Assembly: GCA_021817845.1 (NCBI GenBank)
Contig: JAKAFW010000003.1
Coordinates: 54,586-118,585 of the forward strand
DNA from: Bacteroidota bacterium
GTDB taxonomy: Bacteria > Bacteroidota > Ignavibacteria > Ignavibacteriales > Ignavibacteriaceae
Direction of reading: 5' to 3'
Length of the DNA stretch: 64,000 nt
Positions 1-9,762 of this stretch are shown here, one piece after another. How positions within the stretch are numbered: position 1 is the first letter of the stretch; each line of letters starts with the position of its first letter. A model generated the notes under the pieces. That model was given only the letters and a program-made list of their open reading frames with translations, had not been told where the DNA came from and ran no database searches. The position numbers and the translations under genes are program-made.

Positions 1-203
1 GGAGAATCTTTTAAAGAAACATTAAAACATTTGCTTTCAACTGTGTTGTATGAGTCATTTCATTAAATAGAATTCATTTATTTTTATTATTGAGTTAATT
101 TAAATAACACTAATATTTTAACCTCTGCTTTATTTTAACAAGTTTTTTAGAAGTATCCTTATTACGAACACTGTCTTAAAAAATTAAAACCTAAAGGATT
201 ATT

Positions 204-467
204 TTGACTGGAAATTTATTCGGATATTTTGCTGCAGCTTGCACTACAATAGCTTTTATTCCACAAGCTATTAAAGTGCATAAGACTAAAGAAATTCAGG
301 ACATCTCCCTTGGAATGTTTGCGCTTACTACAATAGGCGTATTGTTGTGGTTCATTTATGGAATTATGATTTCATCACTTCCTGTAATTATCGCAAATTT
401 CATTACATTTATACTCTCACTTTATATTTTTATAATGAAAATTAAACTCGACCACCCCAAAACATAA
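204..467 (+). CDS. SemiSWEET / PQ-loop family small transporter
   Basis: 87-aa ORF (TTG start) with three hydrophobic helices and a PQ motif (FIPQAIK) in the first helix. Confidence 0.7.
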   Translation: MTGNLFGYFAAACTTIAFIPQAIKVHKTKEIQDISLGMFALTTIGVLLWFIYGIMISSLPVIIANFITFILSLYIFIMKIKLDHPKT

Positions 468-781
468 TTAAACTATTTTGTCCAAGTTTCCTCAATGATT
501 AGAACTTACTTTTTTTTAGGCCAGTACAGGATACCTCCGCCTGAATCAATAAATTTTAGGTTATTGTAATGCTTCAAGGGAAAAGTTACATTTTGTAAAA
601 AATAGTATAGATAAAAATTCTCCATAATATAAGCTACTTGATCTATTGATTTCGAAGCAATCAACAATTTAAAGGTCTAACATTGAAAAATATCTTTTAA
701 TAATTCTTAAAGATTCAGTATTTTAGCATTTAATTATAAAACTTATAATATCATTTCTCTAAAAATAGGTGAGTATAACTA

Positions 782-3007
782 ATGGAAACAAAAATAATAT
801 GGACCAAAATCGATGAAGCCCCGGCTCTTGCAACTTATTGTTTGCTGCCTGTAGTAAAATCCTTCTTAAAAGGAACAGGTATCGTAGTTGAGCAAAAAAA
901 TATATCTCTTGCCGGTAGAATCCTTGCGAACTTTCCCGATAACTTAACTTCTGATCAAAAAATACCGGATTATCTAGCTGAATTAGGAGAACTAACACAA
1001 AACCCCGACGCTAACATAATAAAGCTTCCAAACATCAGCGCATCAATTCCTCAACTCCATGCCGCAATAAAAGAATTGCAGGATAAAGGTTATAAGATTC
1101 CTGATTACCCTGAAGATCCAAAAAACGAAGAAGAGAATGCAATTAAGACTAGGTACGCTAAAGTGTTGGGTTCTGCAGTTAATCCGGTTTTAAGAGAAGG
1201 TAATTCGGATAGGCGTGCGGCAGCTTCGGTTAAAGAATTTGCTAAAAAATATCCTAATAAAATGATGAAGCCATGGCCTAAATCAGGTTCAAAAACCCGG
1301 GTTGTGTATATGAGCCAAAAAGATTTTTACGGTACCGAAAAATCTGTTACTTTAACAAAAGAAGATTTAGTTAAGATTGAATACGTTGATCCTAAAGGCA
1401 ATGTGACTGTGTTAAAAGAAAAACTTAAACTTCTTCCCGGTGAAATAATTGATGCTTCGATTATGAATGTTAAGGAGTTAAGAAAATTCTACGCCGAACA
1501 AATTAAGGAAGCAAAAAAAGATAATGTGCTTCTTTCACTGCATCTTAAAGCTACGATGATGAAAATATCCGACCCTATAATGTTCGGTCATGCAGTTTGG
1601 GTTTACTATAAAGATGCGCTCGAAAAACATGAAAATGTTCTTAAAGAAATCGGTGCTAATTTAAACAACGGTCTTATGGATGTACTGGAAAAAATAAAGA
1701 AACTTCCTGAAGAAAAAAGACAAGAAATTGAAGCCGATATTAATAAGGTCTATGAATACCAGCCGCAGCTTGCAATGGTTGATTCTAGGACAGGTAAAAC
1801 TAATCTTCATGTGCCTAATGATGTAATTGTTGATGCTTCAATGCCTAATGTCGTTAGGGACGGCGGAAAGATGTGGAACCGTAAAGATGAGCTTCAAGAT
1901 TGTATTGCAATGATCCCGGACCGGTGCTATGCTACAATTTATGAAGAGATTATTGAGAACGCCAAAGCTAATGGTCAGTTCGATCCGGCAACTATGGGTG
2001 CAGTTTCCAATGTCGGGTTGATGGCGCAGAAAGCTGAAGAATATGGTTCGCATGATAAGACCTTTGAGGCTAAAGGAGATGGAATTATTCGAGTTGTAAG
2101 TTCTTCCGGTGAAACTTTACTTGAGCAGCAAGTTGAATCAGGAGACATTTTCAGAGTGTGTCAAGCTAAAGATGAAGCGATTAAAGATTGGGTAAAGCTT
2201 GCGGTACACCGTGCTAAAGTTTCTTCTACTCCGGCAATTTTCTGGCTTGATGAGAACAGAGCACACGATAGAGAGATTATGGCAAAAGTTAAAAAGTATT
2301 TGCCGGAATATGATACCAAGGGACTTGAAATTAAAATCCTTAATCCTGTAGATGCAATGAAATATACTCTGGAAAGAGTCAGAAAAGGATTAGACACAAT
2401 TTCTGTTACCGGAAATGTGCTTCGCGATTATTTAACTGATTTATTCCCGATCCTTGAATTGGGAACAAGTGCAAGGATGCTTTCTATTATACCATTATTA
2501 AAAGGTGGGGGATTATTTGAAACGGGTGCTGGAGGTTCGGCGCCTAAACATGTTCAGCAATTAATTAAAGAGAACCATTTGAGGTGGGACTCACTAGGCG
2601 AATATTGTGCTCTTGTCCCTTCGTTCGAAATGATTGCTGAAAAAACTGGAAATACCAAAGCCGCACTTTTAGCCGAAACTCTGGATATTGCAATCGGTAA
2701 ATACTTGGAAAACGGCTGCTATCCTTCACGCAAAGCAGGCGAGATTGATAACAGAGGCGGTTCCTTCTATCTTGCCTTATACTGGGCTCAGGCATTAGCC
2801 GAACAAAATAAAGACTCTGAATTAAAATCACGTTTCTCCAAAATGTTCGAAGAGCTGAAAAAATATGATGCGAAAATCATAAATGATATGATTTCTATAC
2901 AAGGAAATCCAGTAGACCTCGGAGGCTATTATTTACTTGATGAAATAAAAACTTCTGCGGTTATGCGCCCCAGCTCAACATTTAATAAAATAATTGAGGA
3001 AATGTAA
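782..3007 (+). CDS. icd: Monomeric NADP-dependent isocitrate dehydrogenase
   Basis: 741-aa ORF. Full-length resemblance to monomeric IDH family (N-terminal [15 protein letters not shown]..., ~740 aa size class). Confidence 0.93.
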   Translation: METKIIWTKIDEAPALATYCLLPVVKSFLKGTGIVVEQKNISLAGRILANFPDNLTSDQKIPDYLAELGELTQNPDANIIKLPNISASIPQLHAAIKELQDKGYKIPDYPEDPKNEEENAIKTRYAKVLGSAVNPVLREGNSDRRAAASVKEFAKKYPNKMMKPWPKSGSKTRVVYMSQKDFYGTEKSVTLTKEDLVKIEYVDPKGNVTVLKEKLKLLPGEIIDASIMNVKELRKFYAEQIKEAKKDNVLLSLHLKATMMKISDPIMFGHAVWVYYKDALEKHENVLKEIGANLNNGLMDVLEKIKKLPEEKRQEIEADINKVYEYQPQLAMVDSRTGKTNLHVPNDVIVDASMPNVVRDGGKMWNRKDELQDCIAMIPDRCYATIYEEIIENAKANGQFDPATMGAVSNVGLMAQKAEEYGSHDKTFEAKGDGIIRVVSSSGETLLEQQVESGDIFRVCQAKDEAIKDWVKLAVHRAKVSSTPAIFWLDENRAHDREIMAKVKKYLPEYDTKGLEIKILNPVDAMKYTLERVRKGLDTISVTGNVLRDYLTDLFPILELGTSARMLSIIPLLKGGGLFETGAGGSAPKHVQQLIKENHLRWDSLGEYCALVPSFEMIAEKTGNTKAALLAETLDIAIGKYLENGCYPSRKAGEIDNRGGSFYLALYWAQALAEQNKDSELKSRFSKMFEELKKYDAKIINDMISIQGNPVDLGGYYLLDEIKTSAVMRPSSTFNKIIEEM

Positions 3008-3046
3008 TTACCCGTTCTAAGTAAGAAGCTGTTTCAAGTTTATTAG

Positions 3047-3077
3047 CGGATGGAGAAATATTCCCCATCCGTTTTTT
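3047..3077 (+). terminator. Rho-independent terminator after icd
   Basis: Stem CGGATGG (3047-3053) / CCATCCG (3065-3071) followed by TTTTTT. Confidence 0.7.
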
Positions 3078-3163
3078 ATTTTTAGAATCAAAAATAATAC
3101 AGGATAATTATAATATCCGAATCTCATTTGTTACAATTATATTAAACAATAAACGAGTTATTC

Positions 3164-3361
3164 CTAAATATTTCTAACTTCTTCAACTTCTTTTTCACTG
3201 TAATTAAATTTTATCTTTAGTTTATTCCGGAGTTCTCCAAGAATAAAATTTGAGGTAAATAAGGTATGATTGTATATGCTCATTTCGAATACTTCATGGC
3301 AAATTCCTTGAGGCGAGATGAATGCCGCTATGAGGACGTTCGTATCAAGAATAATAGTCAT
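3164..3361 (-). CDS. PIN-domain (VapC-like) toxin, N-terminal half only, probably truncated
   Basis: 65 aa starting MTIILDTNVLIAA (PIN N-terminal acidic motif). About half the usual PIN length. 4-nt overlap with the upstream antitoxin ORF. Confidence 0.5.
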   Translation of the reverse strand: MTIILDTNVLIAAFISPQGICHEVFEMSIYNHTLFTSNFILGELRNKLKIKFNYSEKEVEEVRNI

Positions 3362-3576
3362 GAAACTACTTTAAATATGTCATCATCTGTTTTATAACCT
3401 TGTGCTTTTGCGCCTGGCGACAGCTTCTTTCGTAAAGCTCTAAACCGTCTAACGAATAAATAATTTTCTATTGCCTTTTTTATAAGCTCGTTTTTAGATA
3501 AGCCTTCTTCCTCGATTAATAATTCCAATTCATTATTCAGCTTTCCCGGCAGCTCAAACTCAATTCTTTGTTTCAT
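3358..3576 (-). CDS. Ribbon-helix-helix (CopG-like) antitoxin
   Basis: 72-aa ORF. N-terminal beta-strand/helix pattern (RIEFELPGKLNNELELLIEEEGLSKNELIKKAIENYL). ATGA overlap with the PIN ORF. Confidence 0.55.
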   Translation of the reverse strand: MKQRIEFELPGKLNNELELLIEEEGLSKNELIKKAIENYLFVRRFRALRKKLSPGAKAQGYKTDDDIFKVVS

Positions 3577-3846
3577 AATATCTTCCTTTCTTATAATGGA
3601 AAGTTACATAAATTATTGAAAAGTTTCTATGAAGATTATTATTTCACTTCATCAGAACAAACTTCTTTACGATAGCTTTCCCTCAATGAAGAAATATAAA
3701 TCAAAACTAAATGATTAATTCACCTTACGCAAGTTAGCTTATGCTGTAACCTCAGCATTTAGAGGCTGTGTGAAAATTCAGAAGTGATGAATAAATATTT
3801 TAATTATGGATTTAAAATATGACTACATTAATATGTTTTTTTATTG

Positions 3847-3986
3847 CCCCGACATTTAGAGGCTGTGTGAAAATCAGTTCCAAAATTATAAATTTTCATT
3901 GTACTGAATATTAAAGCTTTTAAATGCAAATAATTAAATATTTATTCGCCGATTTTGAATTATCACACAGCCTCTTTATGTCGGGG
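3847..3986. repeat. Long inverted repeat (28-nt arms, ~84-nt AT-rich loop); third arm copy at 3756-3777
   Basis: CCCCGACATTTAGAGGCTGTGTGAAAAT (3847-3874) versus its near reverse complement at 3959-3986. CATTTAGAGGCTGTGTGAAAAT repeated directly at 3756-3777. Confidence 0.75.
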
Positions 3987-4132
3987 TGAAATGAACTCCA
4001 ATAAATACCGGGCTTCAGCCCCATTTGTGCTATTTATGTGGCTAAAGCCATAACTATCTTTTTTACAATAATCCCCGTCATAAACCTGCCTGACCGGTAG
4101 GCAGGTGGCGGGGCAATTAATGAATAAATTTT

Positions 4133-4447
4133 AAGTAATAAAAGCTAAAATGGCTTTTTCAATTTCATGAATTAGTACATTGGACCGGACACAAAAGCCG
4201 CTTAAACCGGCAGCTCACACACGATATAAAAGACGATGATTACAGCTTTGAAGAACTAATCGCAGAAATCGGAAGCTCATATTTATGCGGACTATGCGGA
4301 ATAGAAAACACACTAAACAACAGCGCAGCATATTTGAATGGATGGTCAAAGATAGGGAAGATGGATAAATCATTTATTCCCAAAGCAGCAATTCAGGCAC
4401 AAAAAGCAGTCAACTATTTAATCAACAAAACCGAAGAGGCCGCTTAA
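4133..4447 (+). pseudogene. ArdC-like (antirestriction / zincin metallopeptidase) C-terminal fragment
   Basis: Open frame without start codon: HELVHWTGHKSRLNRQL...FEELIAEIGSSYLCGLCGI...AAYLNGW...AAIQAQKAVNYL. HExxH plus the ArdC C-terminal pattern. The N-terminal DNA-binding domain is absent. Confidence 0.6.
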
Positions 4448-4829
4448 ATGCGGCTCTTCCCGGAGGGCAATAAAATGAACGACCTAAAAACCCTTTTTGA
4501 CGAGTGCGAGAAAAATAATTGGATCCCACAGCACGACTGTAAAAAGAACCTCAAAATAATCTCTCAAACCTGCCTGCCGGTCAGGCAGGCCCACTCAGTA
4601 AATTCAAGTCATAATATAGTTATTGCACAGACCAAACAATGCAAAATTTGCGGAAAGAAATTTGAAGAGACAGACCCAAACGGTATAAAGTAAAATCATC
4701 TCAAAAGGGAAGAGAATAAAATGAAAATCATTAGAATCTTAGATATCATCATAGGGATCAAAAACTCATCCGCCGCGAGTTGTCTCTTTGTTTTTCCCCC
4801 TTGTCACTAAAGTTTTAAGCATTTCCAAT

Positions 4830-5405
4830 TTATAGTGATATAGATATCCCTCCGTTAATTCCAAACCATGAAAATGTTTGGTTAGAGCCGGAATCATTAA
4901 GATTAGATTCTTTAGCGTTGATATCTATTGCAATTATTCCCGGAGGAAGATTATACCTAAATCCAACTATCGGTGAATAAATAAAGTTTGAACCGTAAGT
5001 AGCACCAGCTAAAGTAGAACTTGAAAATACAATACCTGCATCAATTCCGATATAAGGCTCTAAACCAAATCCGGGAATATTTAGAAAGAATTTAGGACCG
5101 AGAGTAACAGGTATTGAATACATATTAATTCCATTACCAAATTCGTGCAGCCCGCTATTGGAATAGCTGTATTGTGTTTTATATGCCCAATTATCATATC
5201 CTATCGATAGCGAAATCCCAACAGGAATTATAGGAATTGAATAATCAATAGACGCTGAGACTCCATAACCATTATTAACAAGATTACTAAAATTACCAAC
5301 CGGGATTTGTATCCCGCCGTTTAATGTAAAGCCAACTTGAGCGAAAGTTAAATTAAAGTTAAACAGAACTGCAGCAAGCAACATAACAGGGAATAATTTT
5401 TTCAT
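4830..5405 (-). CDS. Small outer-membrane beta-barrel protein
   Basis: 191 aa with a signal peptide (MKKLFPVMLLAAVLFNFNLTFAQ), alternating hydrophobic beta pattern and G/Y/S-rich composition. Confidence 0.65.
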   Translation of the reverse strand: MKKLFPVMLLAAVLFNFNLTFAQVGFTLNGGIQIPVGNFSNLVNNGYGVSASIDYSIPIIPVGISLSIGYDNWAYKTQYSYSNSGLHEFGNGINMYSIPVTLGPKFFLNIPGFGLEPYIGIDAGIVFSSSTLAGATYGSNFIYSPIVGFRYNLPPGIIAIDINAKESNLNDSGSNQTFSWFGINGGISISL

Positions 5406-5620
5406 AATGAATCTCCTTCAGATAAGTAATGTTAGTCCCACATAATTTTAGGACACTTCTAAAAACTAAGTAAAATAAAGAAAAAGTCAAAAAAATATTG
5501 TTATATTAATAAACCCAATAACAATAAATGGGCATACTTTAATAAATATAAAATCACCGGTTGAACATTCTTAATTCTTATTTATGAATAAAGATTAAAA
5601 TCTGTTGAAAGTGCATTACT

Positions 5621-8600
5621 CTAATTTTTTTCTACGGATGGAACTGTAAAATAAAATGTACTTCCGATATTTTCCTGGCTCTTAATCCAGATTTTACCGC
5701 CATGATTCTCTACAAATTCTTTGCAAAGTAATAAACCCAAACCGGTACTTGGTTCCCCGTCGGTTCCAGGCTTTCTTACTTTCTCATCTAACTTAAATAA
5801 TTTATTAACATCATTTTCCGATATGCCAATTCCTGTATCCGTTACAGATACTTCAACCATATTATCATTTATTTCTTTAGCTGAAATTGTAACCTTCCCG
5901 TCTGTCGTCGTAAACTTAACTGCATTCGACAATAAATTTCTTACAACTGTATTTAGCATCTTTTCATCTGCATTGACTCTGATGGAATCAGAAATGTTAT
6001 TTTCTAATGTAATCCCTTTTTGACTCGCCCTCTGTGCTATATTTTCATAGCTCTGTCCAACAATTTCCGAAAGCTGCCATTCTTGAGGTGCAAAGTTTAT
6101 AGTTCCTTTTTGCATCTGAGACCATTCTAATAAATTTTGAAGAAGCTTATATAGACTGTTTGCAGATTTATTTAGGTCATTACTAATATTGGTAAGTTCT
6201 GTTTTTGATAAGATATTAATTTCTTCAACCATTATTTCGGTTAACCCAATAAAGCCTTGAAACGGACTGCGTAAATCGTGTGCGATGATAGAGAAGAACT
6301 TATCCTTTTCCGAATTCAATTTTTCAAGCTTTTCAACCAGCATATTTTTTTGAGATAGATTTTCTTCAATCACATCCTTTGATAACTTCAATTCCTCGTT
6401 GAGCTTTACTAGTTCAATTTCAGTTAATTTCTGCTCAGTGATATCAATAATAAAATTCAATGTTGCAGCTTCACCTTTCCATGTAAACTTAACGCTGCCC
6501 ATTTCTACCCAGCATAATGAATTATCTTTTTTCAACATTCTAAATTGATATCGTTGTTCTGCATTTCCCCCGGTTATAGTTTTATTATGATTTGCTAATA
6601 TTAGGTCTCTATCTTTTTGATAAACGAATTCAAAAAAGTTCATATTAAGAAGTTCTTCGTAACTGTACCCAGTAATCTCCAGCATCATAGGATTGAAATA
6701 ACTGAGCTTGCTTTTCTGAATTACAACAATACCTTCCCGCGCTGTTTCGAATAAAAGTCTGTATTGAAGTTCACTCTCATACAAAGCAGCTTCCGCGCGT
6801 TTGCGTTCGTTAATATCGGTGAACATTGCAAATGATCCAGCAAAATTACCGGCGGTATCCAAAATTGTTTTTGCCGAAACAAGCATCCAGTATCTTTGCC
6901 CGTCTTTTCTTTTAAAACATCTTTCATAAACAGTGTCTTTACCAAGCGCACGATTTTTCATTTGAACATAATGCTCGCTTAGTTGATCTTCAGCTAAGAA
7001 AGTTTCAATTTTTTGGCCAAGCATTTCTTCCACAGTATATCCAAGCATTGTTGCCATTTGCCTGTTTATAAAATTTATTCTCGTATCACTGCCAAAAGAT
7101 AAGATACCTTCATTTGCAGTTTCAACAATCCTGCGGTACTTTTCTTCGCTTTCCTGCAATGCTGCTTCCATGTGTTTGCGTTTATTAATATCGGTAAACA
7201 TTCCAAACGATCCTGCAAATTTGCCGTCTGAATCTGTTATTGCTTTTGCAGAGACTAGCATCCAATGCCTCTGCCCATCTTTTCTTAAAAAACATCTCTC
7301 ATATACTGCATTTTTTCCCTGTGCACGTATTTTTGATTGCACTTTGTCATCAGTTAATTGATCTTCAGGCAAGAATGATTCATACTTCCTGCCAAGCATT
7401 TCTTCGACTGTATATCCGAGCATTGTAGCCAATTGCTGGTTTACAAAGATTAGACATCTATCGCTGTCCACTTGCAAAATTCCTTCGATGGCAGTTTCAA
7501 CAATCCTGCGGTATCTTTCTTCACTTTCCTGAAGTGCCGCTTCTGTCTTTTTTCGATCGTTAATATCGGTAAACATTCCGAACGATCCCGCAATCTTGCC
7601 TTCGGAATTTGTTATAGCTTTTGCAGAAACCAGCATCCAGTATCTCTGTCCGTCTTTTCTTAAAAAGCATCTTTCGTAAAAGGCATTTTTTCCCTGAGCA
7701 CGAATTTTCGCCTGCGCTTTGTCTTCCATTAATTGATCTTCAGGCAGGAAAGATTCATACTTTTTACCAAGCATTTCTTCAATCGTATATCCAAGCATTG
7801 TAGCCAATTGCTGGTTTACAAAGTTCAACCGTCTCTCGCTGTCTAAAGATAAAATCCCTTCAATAGCAGTTTCAACAATTCTGCGGTATCTTTCTTCACT
7901 CTCTTGAAGTGCTGCTTCCATCTGTTTGCGTGCGTTAATATCGGTAAACATTCCGAACGAACCTGCAAACTTACCTCCGGAATCTGTTATTGATTTTGCC
8001 GAAACCAGCATCCAATATCTTTGACCGTCTTTTCTTAAAAAACATCTTTCATACACAGCATTTTTTCCCTGTGCGCGAATTTTTGATTGTGATTTGTCTT
8101 CAGTTAATTGATCTTCAGGTAAGAACGATTCATACTTCCTGCCGAGCATTTCTTCAATCGTATATCCAAGCATTGTAGCCAATTGCTGATTTACAAAGGT
8201 TAGCCGTCTATCGCTGTCCAATTGTAAAATACCTTCGTTAGCAGTTTCTACTATCCTGCGGTACCTCTCTTCACTTTCCTGCAGTGCCTCCTCTGCCAGT
8301 TTGCGTTCATTAATATCGGTAAATATTCCGAACGATCCCGCAAATTTACCTTCTGAATCTGTTATTGATTTTGCTGAAACAAGTGTCCAGTGTCTTTGTC
8401 CATCTTTCCTTAAAAAGCATCTTTCATATATTGCATTTTTCCCTTTTGCCCGTATTTGCGACTGCAATTTGTCTTCATTTAATTGATCTTCCGGCATAAA
8501 TGATTCATACTTTTTGTCGAGCATTTCTTCAGCTGAGTATCCAAGCATTGCAGCCATCTGCCGGTTTACAAAGGTTAGCCGTCTATCAGTGTCCAACGAT

Positions 8601-8785
8601 AAAATTCCCTCAATTGCTGTTTCTACAAACTGGCGATACTTTTCCTCACTCTTGCGCAGTGTATCCTCTGACTTCTTTAAATCAGCAATATCTTTTTCAT
8701 AAGTTAACTTCAAATATTCATTTTCTTTTTTCAGTTCATTTAATTCGTATAAAAGTTCATATTCTGATTTTTCAATATTGTTCAT
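5621..8785 (-). CDS. Soluble multi-PAS sensor histidine kinase (6 PAS domains + HisKA + HATPase)
   Basis: 1054 aa. N-terminal coiled coil, 5 near-identical plus 1 divergent PAS units, H-box FSIIAHDLRSPF, N-box NLLSNAVKFT, G-boxes DTGIGI / GLGLLLCKEF. No TM segments and no receiver domain. Confidence 0.9.
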   Translation of the reverse strand: MNNIEKSEYELLYELNELKKENEYLKLTYEKDIADLKKSEDTLRKSEEKYRQFVETAIEGILSLDTDRRLTFVNRQMAAMLGYSAEEMLDKKYESFMPEDQLNEDKLQSQIRAKGKNAIYERCFLRKDGQRHWTLVSAKSITDSEGKFAGSFGIFTDINERKLAEEALQESEERYRRIVETANEGILQLDSDRRLTFVNQQLATMLGYTIEEMLGRKYESFLPEDQLTEDKSQSKIRAQGKNAVYERCFLRKDGQRYWMLVSAKSITDSGGKFAGSFGMFTDINARKQMEAALQESEERYRRIVETAIEGILSLDSERRLNFVNQQLATMLGYTIEEMLGKKYESFLPEDQLMEDKAQAKIRAQGKNAFYERCFLRKDGQRYWMLVSAKAITNSEGKIAGSFGMFTDINDRKKTEAALQESEERYRRIVETAIEGILQVDSDRCLIFVNQQLATMLGYTVEEMLGRKYESFLPEDQLTDDKVQSKIRAQGKNAVYERCFLRKDGQRHWMLVSAKAITDSDGKFAGSFGMFTDINKRKHMEAALQESEEKYRRIVETANEGILSFGSDTRINFINRQMATMLGYTVEEMLGQKIETFLAEDQLSEHYVQMKNRALGKDTVYERCFKRKDGQRYWMLVSAKTILDTAGNFAGSFAMFTDINERKRAEAALYESELQYRLLFETAREGIVVIQKSKLSYFNPMMLEITGYSYEELLNMNFFEFVYQKDRDLILANHNKTITGGNAEQRYQFRMLKKDNSLCWVEMGSVKFTWKGEAATLNFIIDITEQKLTEIELVKLNEELKLSKDVIEENLSQKNMLVEKLEKLNSEKDKFFSIIAHDLRSPFQGFIGLTEIMVEEINILSKTELTNISNDLNKSANSLYKLLQNLLEWSQMQKGTINFAPQEWQLSEIVGQSYENIAQRASQKGITLENNISDSIRVNADEKMLNTVVRNLLSNAVKFTTTDGKVTISAKEINDNMVEVSVTDTGIGISENDVNKLFKLDEKVRKPGTDGEPSTGLGLLLCKEFVENHGGKIWIKSQENIGSTFYFTVPSVEKN
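6785..8659 (-). repeat. Intragenic tandem repeat, 5 x 375 bp (125-aa PAS units)
   Basis: Protein residues 43-667 are five consecutive 125-aa units starting L(R/Q)(K/E)SEE(K/R)YR... The periodic antisense ORFs in the track mirror the repeat. Confidence 0.9.
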
Positions 8786-9166
8786 GGTTTATTCCAAAAA
8801 TATTTTTCACTGTATAATTGATCGAATTATAAAATAATTTTAAATTTTTAGATAGATTGATTTTTATTTGATTATTTTCAAGCATACTGAATATTATTAT
8901 CGGATATTTTCAAATTTATTTTAGATTAACCCAAGCGACCGGATATTTCAGCAAACTTTATTCTTATTCTTAACTTCTTTTATCAGCAGCTGATTGGGAA
9001 ATCTACAGTTTAAGAAAAAAGATGCACAGAATTTCTTTTGTAAGATTGCTAAAGTCATGCAATCTTAATTAAAATATTTTTCCAAGTGATGTCCAATTTC
9101 GAAATCTTACTTTGTTATAAATATGTAATTAAGAAATTTATTCATAATTAAAATTTGGAGTTTAAA

Positions 9167-9438
9167 ATGAACGATTACATGTTAATCTTCAGACACGAAG
9201 ACGGCAATAAAGTTGCTTCACCGGAACAAATCCAAATCAGGATGAAACAAACTATGGATTGGATCGGCGGCATTGTCGCACAAAATAAATTCGGCGGCGG
9301 TAACGGTTTACCTTTGGAGATGCCAAAGTTGTCCGGACTAAGAATTCAAAAAAAAATGTTACCGACGGACCGTTCGGCGATATAAAAGAAACTATCGGCG
9401 GATATATTATTATCCAAGCAGAATATCCCATTATTTGA
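9167..9438 (+). pseudogene. YCII/DGPF-family gene, frameshifted and 3'-truncated
   Basis: Frame 1 gives MNDYMLIFRHED...WIGGIVAQNKFGGGNGL. The family-typical continuation GDAKVVRTKNSKKNVTDGPFGDIKETIGGYIIIQAE lies in another frame (shift near 9305-9320) and stops early at 9436-9438. Confidence 0.6.
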
Positions 9439-9505
9439 AGTGATGCTCAAACTTGGTCATAGTCAATTAAAGACTACGCAATTATATTTACAAATGCTCA
9501 GCTGA
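9437..9505 (+). pseudogene. Tyrosine recombinase (integrase) C-terminal remnant
   Basis: Reads EVMLKLGHSQLKTTQLYLQMLS*. LGHSxxxTTxxY is the conserved C-terminal box holding the catalytic Tyr. Only ~22 codons remain, 80 nt from the tRNA-Asp 3' end. Confidence 0.4.
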
Positions 9506-9549
9506 TCGTAGCCATTTCGTAACTGAAATTTAATCATTTAAAAACAAGA

Positions 9550-9584
9550 AAGCCTGTAAGTAATTTACTCACAGGCTTTTATCT
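9550..9584. terminator. Bidirectional hairpin terminator (tRNA-Asp / upstream plus-strand remnant)
   Basis: AAGCCTGTAAG / CTCACAGGCTT stem (one mismatch), 7-nt loop, T-runs on both strands. Confidence 0.5.
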
Positions 9585-9585
9585 T

Positions 9586-9662
9586 TGGCGGGGCCGACGA
9601 GACTCGAACTCGCGACCTCCTGCGTGACAGGCAGGCGTTCTAACCAACTGAACTACGACCCC
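9586..9662 (-). tRNA. tRNA-Asp (anticodon GTC)
   Basis: Reverse complement folds as a cloverleaf: GGGGTCG acceptor, GTTC/GAAC D-stem, CCTGC-CTGTCAC-GCAGG anticodon arm, GCGAG-TTCGAGT-CTCGT T-arm, CGGCCCC-G-CCA. Confidence 0.93.
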
Positions 9663-9762
9663 GGCTATTCTTAATCATCTTTTCAAATTTGAACATCAAA
9701 TATAATTTTAACACTCTCCAAAATCAACAATCAATATAAAATATTTTTGCCGGATTTTGTTT

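Noticed and set aside
4106-4114. TGGCGGGGC, a 9-nt match to the tRNA-Asp 3' end (9586-9594) in the same orientation, as a possible distal att repeat of an island spanning 4.1-9.6 kb
   Set aside because: The location is attractive, just outside the ArdC fragment, but 9 nt is within chance expectation for a 64-kb window. The match is also part of a local palindrome family. It needs comparative evidence.
4448-4693. 81-aa ORF after the ArdC fragment
   Set aside because: It has no recognisable family and contains the CCTGCCTG-CCGGT-CAGGCAGG palindrome in-frame. It sits in a decayed region, so it cannot be supported as a real CDS, although a small Cys-containing protein is not excluded.
5721-8817. 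Series of 60-105-aa plus-strand ORFs (5721-6023, 7170-7361, 7240-7428, 7472-7663, 7621-7803, 7990-8178, 8301-8486, 8500-8817, 8514-8702)
   Set aside because: All lie antisense inside the well-supported histidine kinase gene. Their periodic recurrence simply mirrors the 375-bp tandem PAS repeat. They have low-complexity composition and no motifs.
9348-9356. A9 homopolymer as the frameshift or slippage site in the YCII gene
   Set aside because: Translating all frames shows the family-typical sequence has already switched frame upstream (about 9305-9320). The A-run lies within the second frame and is not the shift point.
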